Assembly (NCBI GenBank): GCA_949373095.1
Contig: CASIBY010000001.1
Span: 1,467 to 65,466, forward strand
Length of the DNA: 64,000 nt
Direction of reading: 5' to 3'
Origin: Candidatus Poseidoniaceae archaeon
GTDB lineage: Archaea; Thermoplasmatota; Poseidoniia; Poseidoniales; Poseidoniaceae
In this document: in pieces, positions 39,628 through 49,914 of the stretch
How the letters are laid out: each line of letters begins with the position of its first letter
Numbering within the stretch: the stretch's first letter is position 1
Position numbers and translations under genes: made by a program
Notes under the pieces: generated by a model
Databases searched by the model: none
Seen by the model: the letters and a program-made list of their open reading frames with translations, nothing else
What the model was told of the DNA's origin: nothing

Positions 39628-41352
39628 TCAGTGCAGCGAATCGTAGATTCGTTGAGCCAATGATGGGCCAATGCCGGGCACGGTAAGTAATTCGTTGACG
39701 GCAGCGTGTTCGATGCCTTTTCTTCCTCCAAAATGGCGAAGAAGAGTTTGCAACTTTTTGGCACCCAACCCTTCAACGGTTTCAAGCGGGTCTGCCAACC
39801 GGTTTCGACTTCGCCGTTTGCGATGAAACGTATTGACAAAGCGGTGGGCTTCGTCTCTCGCATGGACCATTACCCTTCCTTGCCGGTCAAGAACCAATGG
39901 CTCATGGCCGTCCCGATAAATGGTTTCTTCACGTTTGGCCAAGGCTGCTAAAGGAAAGCGTCCAGCCCAACCGTGCTCTTCTAGTGCCTTTTTGATCGTG
40001 CTGAGGTGAGTTTCTCCACCGTCGATGAGAAGAAGGTCAGGCCATTCTTCTTGTCGCTTCGCCCATCTTACTACCACTTCTTTCATCATCCGTAAATCGT
40101 CGATAGCGTCGCCTTTGACCACGTATTTACGATATTCATCTTTGGCAGGCCGTCCATTTCTCATAACGACACTTGCACCAACCCGTTCACTACCAAGAAG
40201 TTGAGCCATGTCAAAACAAACGACGTGATTTAATTGGTCCAATCCTAATACCGCCGCTCCATCATCTGCAGCTCGTTGCTCAAGGGAGCCACTTGTTTTT
40301 GTTGCCATCCGTTGAAGTTGGATTTCAGCATTCTGGCGAGCAAGTGTGGCCAAATTTTCAAGGTCACCTCGTTGAGGTGTACGAACCTCTACCAAACTTC
40401 CTCTTCGTTGATTTAACCACGATTGAAGTCCATCAAAGATAGGCACGGGGCTCAAGAGAAGTCTTGGTGGCCTTCGGTGAGTATAATGTTCTGAAATAAA
40501 CATGGAAATCGTTTCACCAATATCGCCTCCATAGACCACCGGCCAGGCTTCTTGACCTTGGACCATGCCTTCGTCTGCATGCAATACAACAACAGCAGCC
40601 AACTCTCCTTGGGTAGCAAGGCCAATGGCGTCGCAATCACGGTAGACTTTGCTTGAGACGACATGTTGACTGGTTGTGGCCCGCACGGCCCGAATGGTAT
40701 CTCTGTATCTTGCCGCTTCCTCAAAGGCTTCACGAGCGGAAGCATCCTCCATAGAAGCAACCAGTTCGTCGGTTAGAGAGGCAGCGTTTCCGTTCAGAAT
40801 TTGGCGGACGTTCCTGACGTTTTCGTTGTAGCCTTCAGGCGAGACACAAGGACCCGCACACAATCCAATATGCATGGAAAGGCATCCTTGGGGGAGCAGT
40901 TCCTTGCAGTCACGAATTCCAAACTGTCGTCGTAATAACTGCATGACCTGTTTTGCAGCCCCAGCATTTGGGAAGGGGCCCCATTGCTCGGAATTCTTTG
41001 GAGGATAACGCGTGTACATGATGCGTGGGAACTCATGATTGGTCAGGACGAGGTAGGGGAATGATTTGCCGTCCTTGAGCATTGAATTGTAACGCGGCAT
41101 ATGCTCTCGAATTAATTGTCTTTCGAGGATGAGGGCGGCTTGGGGTGTCTGGGTCACGATACACTCGATATCGTCGGCTTTTGTGACGAGTTCTGGAATC
41201 ATTTGTCGGTCTGGATTGGATGCGAAATACGACCGTATTCGTTCGTTAAGACGCGTTGCTTTTCCGACATAGAGGACCCTTCCCTCTGCGGTTTTGAACA
41301 AATAAACACCCGCCTCCTTGGGGAGGTTAGCCGAACTGAGGTCGACGGGCAT
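39628..41352 (-). CDS. uvrC: Excinuclease ABC subunit C
   Basis: GIY-YIG (GVYLF...YVGKA), UVR (FEEAARYRD), RNase H-like (FDMAQ, PDLLLIDGG, RDEAHRF) and HhH motifs. Confidence 0.97.
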   Translation of the reverse strand: MPVDLSSANLPKEAGVYLFKTAEGRVLYVGKATRLNERIRSYFASNPDRQMIPELVTKADDIECIVTQTPQAALILERQLIREHMPRYNSMLKDGKSFPYLVLTNHEFPRIMYTRYPPKNSEQWGPFPNAGAAKQVMQLLRRQFGIRDCKELLPQGCLSMHIGLCAGPCVSPEGYNENVRNVRQILNGNAASLTDELVASMEDASAREAFEEAARYRDTIRAVRATTSQHVVSSKVYRDCDAIGLATQGELAAVVVLHADEGMVQGQEAWPVVYGGDIGETISMFISEHYTHRRPPRLLLSPVPIFDGLQSWLNQRRGSLVEVRTPQRGDLENLATLARQNAEIQLQRMATKTSGSLEQRAADDGAAVLGLDQLNHVVCFDMAQLLGSERVGASVVMRNGRPAKDEYRKYVVKGDAIDDLRMMKEVVVRWAKRQEEWPDLLLIDGGETHLSTIKKALEEHGWAGRFPLAALAKREETIYRDGHEPLVLDRQGRVMVHARDEAHRFVNTFHRKRRSRNRLADPLETVEGLGAKKLQTLLRHFGGRKGIEHAAVNELLTVPGIGPSLAQRIYDSLH

Positions 41353-41464
41353 AGAGATGCCTTAGAGACGGTGGCTCAAAAGGGCAACCCCGTGAAGAGA
41401 AGGGTTCACGCAACCAATGGGATGATTGATGAAGGAGAAGCAGGAAGTGCATTATGGAAGAGAT

Positions 41465-43660
41465 ATGCTTAGTCGTTCGCAGGAGAAGTTGCTCCGATAC
41501 CTCGGTACCTTTCCAGAGGCCTTGGATCAAGCCTGGGATGTTCCTCGTGACCTGTCCCTCCCAGGCCTTGCCGAAGCGATGGGCGTTGTACGCTCGGGGT
41601 TGAACCGACCTCTCAGTTTATTGGAATCTGAACAATTGATTGCCGTTCGTATTGCTCACGTCATCGGGGGAGGTTCTCGCCGACGGCAGGTTTACCACGC
41701 CTCTGAAAAAGGTCGTTTATGGCTGCTTGAACACCCTGAAATTGCTGAAGTTGAGAAGGGAGAAGACGAAAACAAGCAAAACCATCCATCAACCGAACTC
41801 ATTGGTCGTAAGGACACACTTCTGGATTTGGAATCTCTTTTTGGCCATCATGAGCCCGTTTTTCTTGGAGGCTTATCGGGGATCGGAAAGACAACCGTGG
41901 CGCAAGCCCTTACGGGCCGTGCCTCAGTTGAAGGCACGTCCACTCATTCAGCAGTCGTCAATGAGTTCTCTGACTTGAGAGATATTATTCAACAATGGTT
42001 TCCAACCGTCAACCCACTTCCACACGATACAGAGGCATTGGCATCGCTTCTGGAGGCCTCAGATAAGAAGCAAATGTTTGTGATTGATGATGTCCATTTG
42101 ATTTCACAAAGGCACGCATCGAAAATTAAAGACATGATCGCAACATTCCAATGTGACAACTCAACGACACTTCTTCTTGTTGGCCGAACCCCGCTCCCGT
42201 TCAATATTGATTGTGAATACCGACAATTGCCCGCTCTTGACCCTGAAGATGCCACTCAATTGTTGGGAGAGCATTTGGACTTGGAACACCGCCTTTCGGT
42301 TGCAAAAGCCCTGGGTGGCCATCCAATGGCTCTGCAGTTATACTCGGAAGGAACACCGCTTCCAGAGGCTGGAGAAGACATTCAGAATTTTGTTGAGCAA
42401 ACGATTCTGCAAAACCTTGGGGACGAGGAGTTGGCTGCCTTGGACCACTTTGTTCTCTTCCCCAGGCCACTTGCCTCAAAAGAGGTCCCTCATCAAGATG
42501 AAATCGCAGATTTGGATGTGCATGCCCTCTTGCGGTGGGAACATGATAACACGAAACTTGAGATTCAACACTTGGTCCGAAATGTTCGTCGGACAATGTT
42601 CTCCTCAGACCGGCTCAAAGAACTCCATCAACAATCCCTGAACCACTGGCTCATGTGTGAAGACACTCCGGATTCACAAATTCTTCGCCTGTACCATCAA
42701 CTCGCCCTTGATGACCCCGACTTTCATCCACAAATTGAACGTCAAGTTGAACGTCTCCTTCCTGCCCAAGGCGCTGCGATCGCCGTCATTCTAAACCGTG
42801 CGGTTGAACAAAAACCAGATGATGAGATGCTTCACTATTGGGCGGGTAAAGTCGCCCTCCACCGTCATGAAACCGACCAAGCTCAGATTCATCTTGATTC
42901 GCTATCGGACGAAAGTCTCCGAAGCGAATTGGCGTATCAAAAAGCACTTCTTGAGGGCAATGAGACAGAATCTAAACTATTGTTGAATGCCGTTCTCGCT
43001 CAAGCCAACGATGTGGAGGCTGCGCGCACCTTGCTCTCTGCAGCGGTACAACAACTCGAAGACCGTTTGTTTGACGAACCATCAGATACAGTGTCTTCCT
43101 CAATTCATTCTCTTCTTCAAGACGTCAAACTCCCTCAACGGCAAGAATATCGCACTGCGATGATGGTGAGTCTATCGATGATTCAACATGCAGTGTCTTT
43201 GTTTGAGGGAGATTCCCAACGAGCAAACGAACTTCGTGATGCACTCGCTTCCATCAGTGATGAGCATGACCCCTTCGTTCGACTGCTCAAACTAAAGGCA
43301 TCCTTCCGTTTCCATTCTTCTGGTAGTCTTGAAGAACTAATTGCAGAAGCAGAAGCTGTCATCCAACTGCAACCAACCGATTTTCACAAGGCCGCTTTAG
43401 GATTGACTCTTGCTGAATTTCTATGGATTCATGATTCACAGAGAGCACAATCCGTGTTTGCAGATGTTCCACAACCCGACACACTTCAATCCAAAGGAGT
43501 AGCTCAACAGCGCTATGCTGGGCGATGGTGGTATTTGCATTCAAAATTGTCACCGAACCAAGCTCTTATGTCAATGCGAGAAGCAAGTCGTTGCTTCCGT
43601 TCAGCAGGTTGTCATTCAGCCAGCCGTAAACTTGTCAAACGAATGCATCGTTTGTTGTGA
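41465..43660 (+). CDS. wHTH + STAND-type P-loop NTPase + helical-repeat protein
   Basis: N-terminal wHTH, LIGR, Walker A GLSGIGKT, Walker B FVIDDVH, GGHPMAL (GxP) and a TPR-like C-terminus. Confidence 0.8.
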   Translation: MLSRSQEKLLRYLGTFPEALDQAWDVPRDLSLPGLAEAMGVVRSGLNRPLSLLESEQLIAVRIAHVIGGGSRRRQVYHASEKGRLWLLEHPEIAEVEKGEDENKQNHPSTELIGRKDTLLDLESLFGHHEPVFLGGLSGIGKTTVAQALTGRASVEGTSTHSAVVNEFSDLRDIIQQWFPTVNPLPHDTEALASLLEASDKKQMFVIDDVHLISQRHASKIKDMIATFQCDNSTTLLLVGRTPLPFNIDCEYRQLPALDPEDATQLLGEHLDLEHRLSVAKALGGHPMALQLYSEGTPLPEAGEDIQNFVEQTILQNLGDEELAALDHFVLFPRPLASKEVPHQDEIADLDVHALLRWEHDNTKLEIQHLVRNVRRTMFSSDRLKELHQQSLNHWLMCEDTPDSQILRLYHQLALDDPDFHPQIERQVERLLPAQGAAIAVILNRAVEQKPDDEMLHYWAGKVALHRHETDQAQIHLDSLSDESLRSELAYQKALLEGNETESKLLLNAVLAQANDVEAARTLLSAAVQQLEDRLFDEPSDTVSSSIHSLLQDVKLPQRQEYRTAMMVSLSMIQHAVSLFEGDSQRANELRDALASISDEHDPFVRLLKLKASFRFHSSGSLEELIAEAEAVIQLQPTDFHKAALGLTLAEFLWIHDSQRAQSVFADVPQPDTLQSKGVAQQRYAGRWWYLHSKLSPNQALMSMREASRCFRSAGCHSASRKLVKRMHRLL

Positions 43661-43906
43661 TTAGAGTTCTGCTCCAATCAATGTCTTTGTGTCAGCAATG
43701 CCGCTAAGAGAGCGGATGTCCTCAACAATGCATCGGGTAAGTGCATATTCTTCATCGGCCTGAACACGAGCGATGATATCGTATTCGCCAAACAGCATCC
43801 ATCTGTTGGTCACTAAAGCGATGTTATCAAGCGCAGTACGGACGTTGTTCTCTTCGCCGGGGAGGGTGGTAATCAATACGAATCCAATAGCCATTTCATC
43901 ACTCAT
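43661..43906 (-). CDS. Stand-alone Lrp/AsnC ligand-binding (RAM) domain
   Basis: GFVLI...LFGEYDIIARV...IRSLSGIADTKTLI. Confidence 0.88.
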   Translation of the reverse strand: MSDEMAIGFVLITTLPGEENNVRTALDNIALVTNRWMLFGEYDIIARVQADEEYALTRCIVEDIRSLSGIADTKTLIGAEL

Positions 43907-44136
43907 CCTTCAACTGCGATCAGCGTTTGTGTTTCTTTGACGCCTGTTATCTTACGAAATGTATTCATCACGAGGTCAGAAAGCCGTTTGGAATTGGGTG
44001 CAGTAATGCGCACCAAGAGATCAAACTCGCCGTAGAGTGCATGAACCTCTGCGACATCCCCGTGTCCGGTAAGTGCGAGGTACACTTCACGCTCATGGGT
44101 AGGTTCAGTTTTGAACAGAATAAAAGCCTCAGGCAT
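43903..44136 (-). CDS. Stand-alone Lrp/AsnC ligand-binding (RAM) domain
   Basis: AFILF...LYGEFDLLVRI...RKITGVKETQTLI. Overlaps the start of its paralog. Confidence 0.88.
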   Translation of the reverse strand: MPEAFILFKTEPTHEREVYLALTGHGDVAEVHALYGEFDLLVRITAPNSKRLSDLVMNTFRKITGVKETQTLIAVEG

Positions 44137-44241
44137 GTATGTTGGAATGAAAGTCGGGATTTATGGCTTCCTCTTAGTGCGTTTCCTCTTCCGATACATA
44201 GCAGCGAACCATTGAAAGGGTATTGCAGGTGATTCCGAGAT

Positions 44242-47200
44242 ATGACAGCGTCTTCTCGTAGTGGTTCGCGGGTAATTTTTGTCACACTTCTCTTCCTTTT
44301 ACCGTTGTTGACAGCAATTCATCCCCTCAATGAATCTGAATCAGTTGACCCCATGGTTCAGAATACTGGAGCTCGGGCTCAAGTCACCTGGTCGGGCACT
44401 AAGGTCCTCTCAGCCACCTACACCGTCCCTGTTTCGGATGAATTGGTCATTCAGGCCTGTACAGTGGTCCAGATGGGCGGGGGAGTGCGCATTATTGTCG
44501 ACGGTCGCCTCACCGTACAGGGGACTCAAAGTTGTCCTGTAACCCTCGAAGCGAGCGGACTTTCAGACCACGAAGGCATTCAATTCAATGCTTCCTCCTC
44601 AGGACGCGGTTCCTTTATCCAAAATTTAACGATTGAGGATTCCATTTACGGAATGACGATTTACAGTTCAAATCCCGTTATTGAAAATTTGACTGTGGCC
44701 AATCCAGACCGAGTGGGCGTTGACATGTTCAACAACGCTGCTCCAAGAATCACAGATTTATTCATCGATCAAGCCGGACGAGAATTGGCCTTTCAAGGTG
44801 ACTGGCGTTATGGTATTGGTCTTTCAATCGGCGCAGGCTCTACCCCAATTGTTACACGCGCAGTCTTCAGTGATGTTTTGACACGGGGAGTGAACATTTG
44901 GGGCGCATCAGGCGGACTTGTACAGGGGATTACCATTGACAATTGTTCAGGGTCAAGTTGGGCTATGGCTGCTGGGGTTTGGGTTGAAGACAGCCAACCT
45001 CTTCTCACAAACGTCTCTATTGACAAATCAGATACAGGCATGGTCATTCGTCATATTGACGACGGAGGCTATACTCGTGCAGTTGTCCGCGATGCAACGA
45101 TTACAAATTCAATGTACCGCGGCGTCTATGTTGACAAAAACAATCACACCAATTATACCAATTATGAGACCGCCGATTTCACAAACCTAACCATTCGTGG
45201 GACGGGAACGAGCGGAGCAACAACAGCGAACATTGGTTTTGCAGCACTTGAAGTCAACGCCACCGGTGCGTGGTTTGACAACACCCTCATTGAAGATTCA
45301 ACAACCGTTGGTGTGCGTTTGTACTTCGTCGATGATACCACCACCTTCCGAAACCTGACGATACGAGATTCAGGAGACCCGGGTCAAGGACCTCATGAAG
45401 CTGGACTTGCTGTCAGGTCGTCGTTTTTCGCACCTCACTTTGAGGAAATGGAAATTACGGGCTCAGTTGGACCAGGCATCTCTTCAACCTCAGGAGGGGC
45501 CATGCAAGGATTTGATTGGAACTTACACAATAATTCACAGCAGGGGTTGTTGATTGATAGAGCCACTGTGGTGGTCAATGAACTGGAACTCAACGACAAC
45601 GGACAGTCCGGTGCACATGTTCTAAATGCAAGATATGTGACATTTGAAAACCTCACTGCAGCAAATAACGGCGGAGATGCAACAAGTAATCCATTGCCGC
45701 AAAACCAAGCGGGCTTGTATTATGATGAATCCAACGATATGGAATCAGAATCAGGTGATGTTCGTTGCAGGAACTGTACGGTATCAGGGTCTACCGGAGC
45801 CGGTATTTTGGCTGAAAACTCAGTTGACTTGTGGCTTGAGGGCCTCACACTCTACGGGAACAGCGCAGATGTTCCCGCGCTCAGCGTCAATAATGAGGAC
45901 ACTATGCCTGCAGGTGCTAGTGGACGCATCAACATTCTCCAAGCGAGCATTGGTGCAGAAAGCCCAGGGCAGCCAGCCGTTGAACTGTTGCGAACAGCAG
46001 CCCACATCGAGGGGTTGTCTATGGTTGGAAACCATACTGGCTTAAATTGGAGTGGTGACAATAATGGAAACTTTGCATCAACAATTTCCGACAGCGAATT
46101 TTCAGGAACCTCCTGCGTCAAATTAACTAATCATCCCAACCTTGGTGGCCAAGGAAATACCATCACATCATCATGTTTTGGTTTTGTCCAACTGATCAAC
46201 AGTCAAGTGAATTGGTCAAACCTTGAAGATGAATTAGGTACGACAATGATTCAACTTGATGACACTTCCGACCTCCATCTTCATCAGCCCATTAATGTTG
46301 ATTTGAACTTGGCTTCCTTTTCAGGAACAGCGACCGTTGATGTTGCCTGGGACCTCACCATATGGGTTGTAAACAACTTCACAAACGGTGTTCCAAACGC
46401 AAACGTTGATGCAACATTCACAGACTATGAGCCATCAGTACAAGAGTATACGAACGATTTAGGCTATGTTTTCCTATCGGATTTCATAGGGCAACAGTGG
46501 ACTTCCTCAGGAGCATCTTCCTTCAACACTGTCACCGTTCAATGCGGCTACGATAGCATCACGAATTCAACCAGCGCAACACTCGACCAGAATAGGTTTG
46601 TGAATTGTTTACTACCCCTTGACAATCAAGCCCCGTTCTTGATGTGGACCTCGCCTCTGGATGAAACGATTTATCCCTCTCAAGGCGAAGTGATGTTCAA
46701 CGCAAGCGATTCTTGGGACCTTGATGATGATGAACTCACGTTCACATGGAGCAGTGACCTCGATGGTGATATTGTGGCGTCATGTACCGGACAGGGGCAT
46801 GGCAACGGGCAGGGGATTACTCAACAAGATATGACCAATGGAGTTCCATTCACAGTCAATACAAATTATCTGAATATGGGGTGCCAATTATCCGATGGGA
46901 TTCACCTCATCACACTTGAAATCTGCGATGATGCAGGTCATTGTGTATCCGAGGTTCGGACCATTGAATTGGTGAATCTCGCTCCAATTCTTGTCGTTGA
47001 CTTTGAACCCTCTTTGAATCCGTGGAGTGAACTCATCATGCCGCAAACCGGGACCGTGGTCATCAACACCACGGGCACATTTGATCCAGAAGGTGATGAT
47101 TTCGCATGCGTCATCGATTTCAACGGCGAAGGCGCCGGTTGGGGCAACCAGTGGGTGTGTCCCGAGGAACTCACGTACACCTTCGATTATACCACCGAGG

Positions 47201-49029
47201 ACCCGCCAGCGTCTGCCTCGTTGACGGTCATGGCTTTTGATGCCGTAGGCAACAATGCGACATATACCGTGGACGTGATTCTGTTCAATGAAATACCTGA
47301 ACCAATATTTGAGGTTCAGCGTCAAGGAAACGAAAGTGAACAATTGGTCACATTGGAAGGAAGCGCGACTTCAGACCCAGAAGGTGATGACATGGTCGTG
47401 ACCTACCGTTCCAGCCTTGATGGTGTGTTGGCTGAACTCACGAATGGCTCAACAACTTGGTCAGGATATCTTTCTCGGGGAGTCCACACGATCACAATGG
47501 AAGTTACTGATGACCAAGCTGAACATGTCAATCAAAGTGCATCATCATCCGTTTTGGTGACGGTTGACAACTCGTTTCCAATCGCCATGATCGCCTCACC
47601 TTCGTTGACAACGTTCGATTCCTCTGAATTAATTGAGTTCTCAGCGAACGGCTCAGGGGATTTCGATGCAGCATGCGACACCTTCCCAGAAGAAGGAACA
47701 TGGCATTGTGCTCCGTTCTCACCTTATGGCGGCTCAGAGTTTTTGGTGGTTACATGGACGAGTGACCTTGATGGTCGTCTCACTCCTGAAGGTGAAGATT
47801 GGTTGATGTTTGAATCACGATTGAGTACCGGGACCCACACCATTACATTGAGTTTGGATGATGGAATCCATGAACCTGTCATCTCAACAATAAGTTTAGA
47901 GATTGTTCCTTCTGCTCCAGTTCTCGGTTTGCTGAGTCCCATTGATGGTTCAAGCCACTCCTCTTCTGCTATTCTGATGTTTGACGCATCGCAAAGCATA
48001 GATTACGACAATGATAGTTTTGTTTTAACACTACGAACTTCACTTGAGGACGACCCAATTCTCGTTGATATATTACCAAGTGAAAGCCACGCTTTGACCT
48101 TGCGTGCAGGCAATCATATTCTCACCGTGACATTAACTGATGATACCGGAATGTCCCGGGATGAAACCTTCACGCTCACCATCAATGAATCTGGCCCAAC
48201 AATGGTGCTCATCTCGCCCGAAAATCGGCAGTCCATCGCTCCTGGAGGCGTTGTGATACTGGAAGAAGCCTCGTTTGATGCGGACAATGACCTGGTCGTA
48301 CGAGAATGGCGCCGCTGGTCGGATGGAATGAGTCTCCCTGAAGTTATCTCAACGAGTTCAATTGATGAAATTACAAACTTGATGCCGGGGGAGTACCATC
48401 TCTCACTTTACGTTGAGGACTCTCAAGGGAACTGGCTCGAAGAGCACGTGAACATAACGATTCAATCCAGCCTTCCTTCATTTGACAGAGACTCGTTGGT
48501 TCTCAGTGAAACCACCTTTGTTGCGGGGGAACTGTCTCAACTCAATATTTCAATTCGACTTGATGATGCCGACGGCACTACAAAGGACGTACGAGCAAAT
48601 TTGACACACAACATTCAGCAATGGGAAATCAATCTTACCGATGATGACGGGGACGGTGTCTGGGAAGGAATCCTCGAATGGCGCCCTGAAGAAACAGGGA
48701 GTCCAAGTTTGAAATTAGTTGCACGTGACGGTGAGGGGCAAAACGCCAATATTGACATCTTTACGAGTACGTTAACCGTTGAAGAATCTGAAGACGATCA
48801 GCGAATCCTGTTTTTCGCCCTAGGTGCTACTGGCCTCTTTGGTGGATTTGGTTTGCTGGCATTTATCGCTATGCGCCGTCGTCGGGCCTTATCAGATATT
48901 GACCTCATCGCTTCTTGGGATGCATTTAGAGCGCCGGAAAAGACTGCTGAAGTTGAGCAACGTCCGTTAGAAGAGAACATCATGGACGGTACTGAAGAAG
49001 TTCAGAGTGACCTAGACGGTTTACTTTGA
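44242..49029 (+). CDS. Giant cell-surface protein: right-handed beta-helix + PKD/Ig repeats + TM anchor
   Basis: Beta-helix-like N-terminal half. Repeated PKD-like units (FNASDSWDLD, TW.SDLDG, G.H.ITL). C-terminal TM. Confidence 0.85.
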   Translation: MTASSRSGSRVIFVTLLFLLPLLTAIHPLNESESVDPMVQNTGARAQVTWSGTKVLSATYTVPVSDELVIQACTVVQMGGGVRIIVDGRLTVQGTQSCPVTLEASGLSDHEGIQFNASSSGRGSFIQNLTIEDSIYGMTIYSSNPVIENLTVANPDRVGVDMFNNAAPRITDLFIDQAGRELAFQGDWRYGIGLSIGAGSTPIVTRAVFSDVLTRGVNIWGASGGLVQGITIDNCSGSSWAMAAGVWVEDSQPLLTNVSIDKSDTGMVIRHIDDGGYTRAVVRDATITNSMYRGVYVDKNNHTNYTNYETADFTNLTIRGTGTSGATTANIGFAALEVNATGAWFDNTLIEDSTTVGVRLYFVDDTTTFRNLTIRDSGDPGQGPHEAGLAVRSSFFAPHFEEMEITGSVGPGISSTSGGAMQGFDWNLHNNSQQGLLIDRATVVVNELELNDNGQSGAHVLNARYVTFENLTAANNGGDATSNPLPQNQAGLYYDESNDMESESGDVRCRNCTVSGSTGAGILAENSVDLWLEGLTLYGNSADVPALSVNNEDTMPAGASGRINILQASIGAESPGQPAVELLRTAAHIEGLSMVGNHTGLNWSGDNNGNFASTISDSEFSGTSCVKLTNHPNLGGQGNTITSSCFGFVQLINSQVNWSNLEDELGTTMIQLDDTSDLHLHQPINVDLNLASFSGTATVDVAWDLTIWVVNNFTNGVPNANVDATFTDYEPSVQEYTNDLGYVFLSDFIGQQWTSSGASSFNTVTVQCGYDSITNSTSATLDQNRFVNCLLPLDNQAPFLMWTSPLDETIYPSQGEVMFNASDSWDLDDDELTFTWSSDLDGDIVASCTGQGHGNGQGITQQDMTNGVPFTVNTNYLNMGCQLSDGIHLITLEICDDAGHCVSEVRTIELVNLAPILVVDFEPSLNPWSELIMPQTGTVVINTTGTFDPEGDDFACVIDFNGEGAGWGNQWVCPEELTYTFDYTTEDPPASASLTVMAFDAVGNNATYTVDVILFNEIPEPIFEVQRQGNESEQLVTLEGSATSDPEGDDMVVTYRSSLDGVLAELTNGSTTWSGYLSRGVHTITMEVTDDQAEHVNQSASSSVLVTVDNSFPIAMIASPSLTTFDSSELIEFSANGSGDFDAACDTFPEEGTWHCAPFSPYGGSEFLVVTWTSDLDGRLTPEGEDWLMFESRLSTGTHTITLSLDDGIHEPVISTISLEIVPSAPVLGLLSPIDGSSHSSSAILMFDASQSIDYDNDSFVLTLRTSLEDDPILVDILPSESHALTLRAGNHILTVTLTDDTGMSRDETFTLTINESGPTMVLISPENRQSIAPGGVVILEEASFDADNDLVVREWRRWSDGMSLPEVISTSSIDEITNLMPGEYHLSLYVEDSQGNWLEEHVNITIQSSLPSFDRDSLVLSETTFVAGELSQLNISIRLDDADGTTKDVRANLTHNIQQWEINLTDDDGDGVWEGILEWRPEETGSPSLKLVARDGEGQNANIDIFTSTLTVEESEDDQRILFFALGATGLFGGFGLLAFIAMRRRRALSDIDLIASWDAFRAPEKTAEVEQRPLEENIMDGTEEVQSDLDGLL

Positions 49030-49032
49030 GGT

Positions 49033-49809
49033 TCACTTCTTCTGTTCAGGAAGGTCGCCTTTGGTTGAATCTGGGTTTTCATCACGGCCACCCCATGGAG
49101 TCAAGGTCTTGTTTAGACCAACTCTGCGAGAAAAGAGGAACTTCAAGTTCTTCCATCCGTCTCCCCAGGTGTGGATTTCAGCATCACCGACACGTGGGCG
49201 GTATGGGACTGAGATTTCAACAGCTTTCTTCTTTCCAAGATGTCGGCGTGTGATGATTTTCATTTCCTCACTTAGAGGCATGCCATCATTGGTTGGGCGA
49301 AGTTTTTCATCTTCGAAAATAGATTTCTTAAAAACCCACATTCCGGATTGAGAATCTTTAATCCCGTATCCAAACAAGAGGCGTGCAGTAAACGAAAGCA
49401 CCCAATTTCCAAATCCGTGAAGTCCAGACATGGACCCGTCCTCGGCCATTGATAAGCGGTCACAAGTAATGAATTCCAAATCATCATCAATGAGTCGCTT
49501 GACGAGTTCAGGAACAAGTTCAGCAGGGTAGGTGCAATCTGCGTCCATGGTGACGATGATGTCGTTTGATGCAACATCAAATCCAGTTCTGTATGCGCGT
49601 CCGTAACCTTTCCGGCCTTCGAGATGGACGCGAATTTCTTTTTCAAGGGCAATTTCACGAGTTCGGTCGGATGAGTTCCCATCCACAATCATGATTTCCA
49701 AATCCTTACACCATCCACGGGGGATTGCATCAATAGTTGGTCCTAGCGCTTCTTCCTCGTTCCGGGTAGGGAGGATAACTGTCACGGTCACGGGTAACAC
49801 ATCGGGCAT
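49033..49809 (-). CDS. Glycosyltransferase family 2 (polyprenol-phosphate glycosyltransferase-like)
   Basis: VILPTRNEE, VDGNSSDRT, GYGRAY, MDADCTY and DSQSG motifs. Confidence 0.92.
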   Translation of the reverse strand: MPDVLPVTVTVILPTRNEEEALGPTIDAIPRGWCKDLEIMIVDGNSSDRTREIALEKEIRVHLEGRKGYGRAYRTGFDVASNDIIVTMDADCTYPAELVPELVKRLIDDDLEFITCDRLSMAEDGSMSGLHGFGNWVLSFTARLLFGYGIKDSQSGMWVFKKSIFEDEKLRPTNDGMPLSEEMKIITRRHLGKKKAVEISVPYRPRVGDAEIHTWGDGWKNLKFLFSRRVGLNKTLTPWGGRDENPDSTKGDLPEQKK

Positions 49810-49914
49810 GATGTCCCCACCGTTTGGGTGGACTTGAAAGGTTTGGCTTTATTCTCAACAGAAGCAGGCACATCTTCAATGACATTCAAATGCCCGTTGG
49901 TCTTGGTTATCTTG

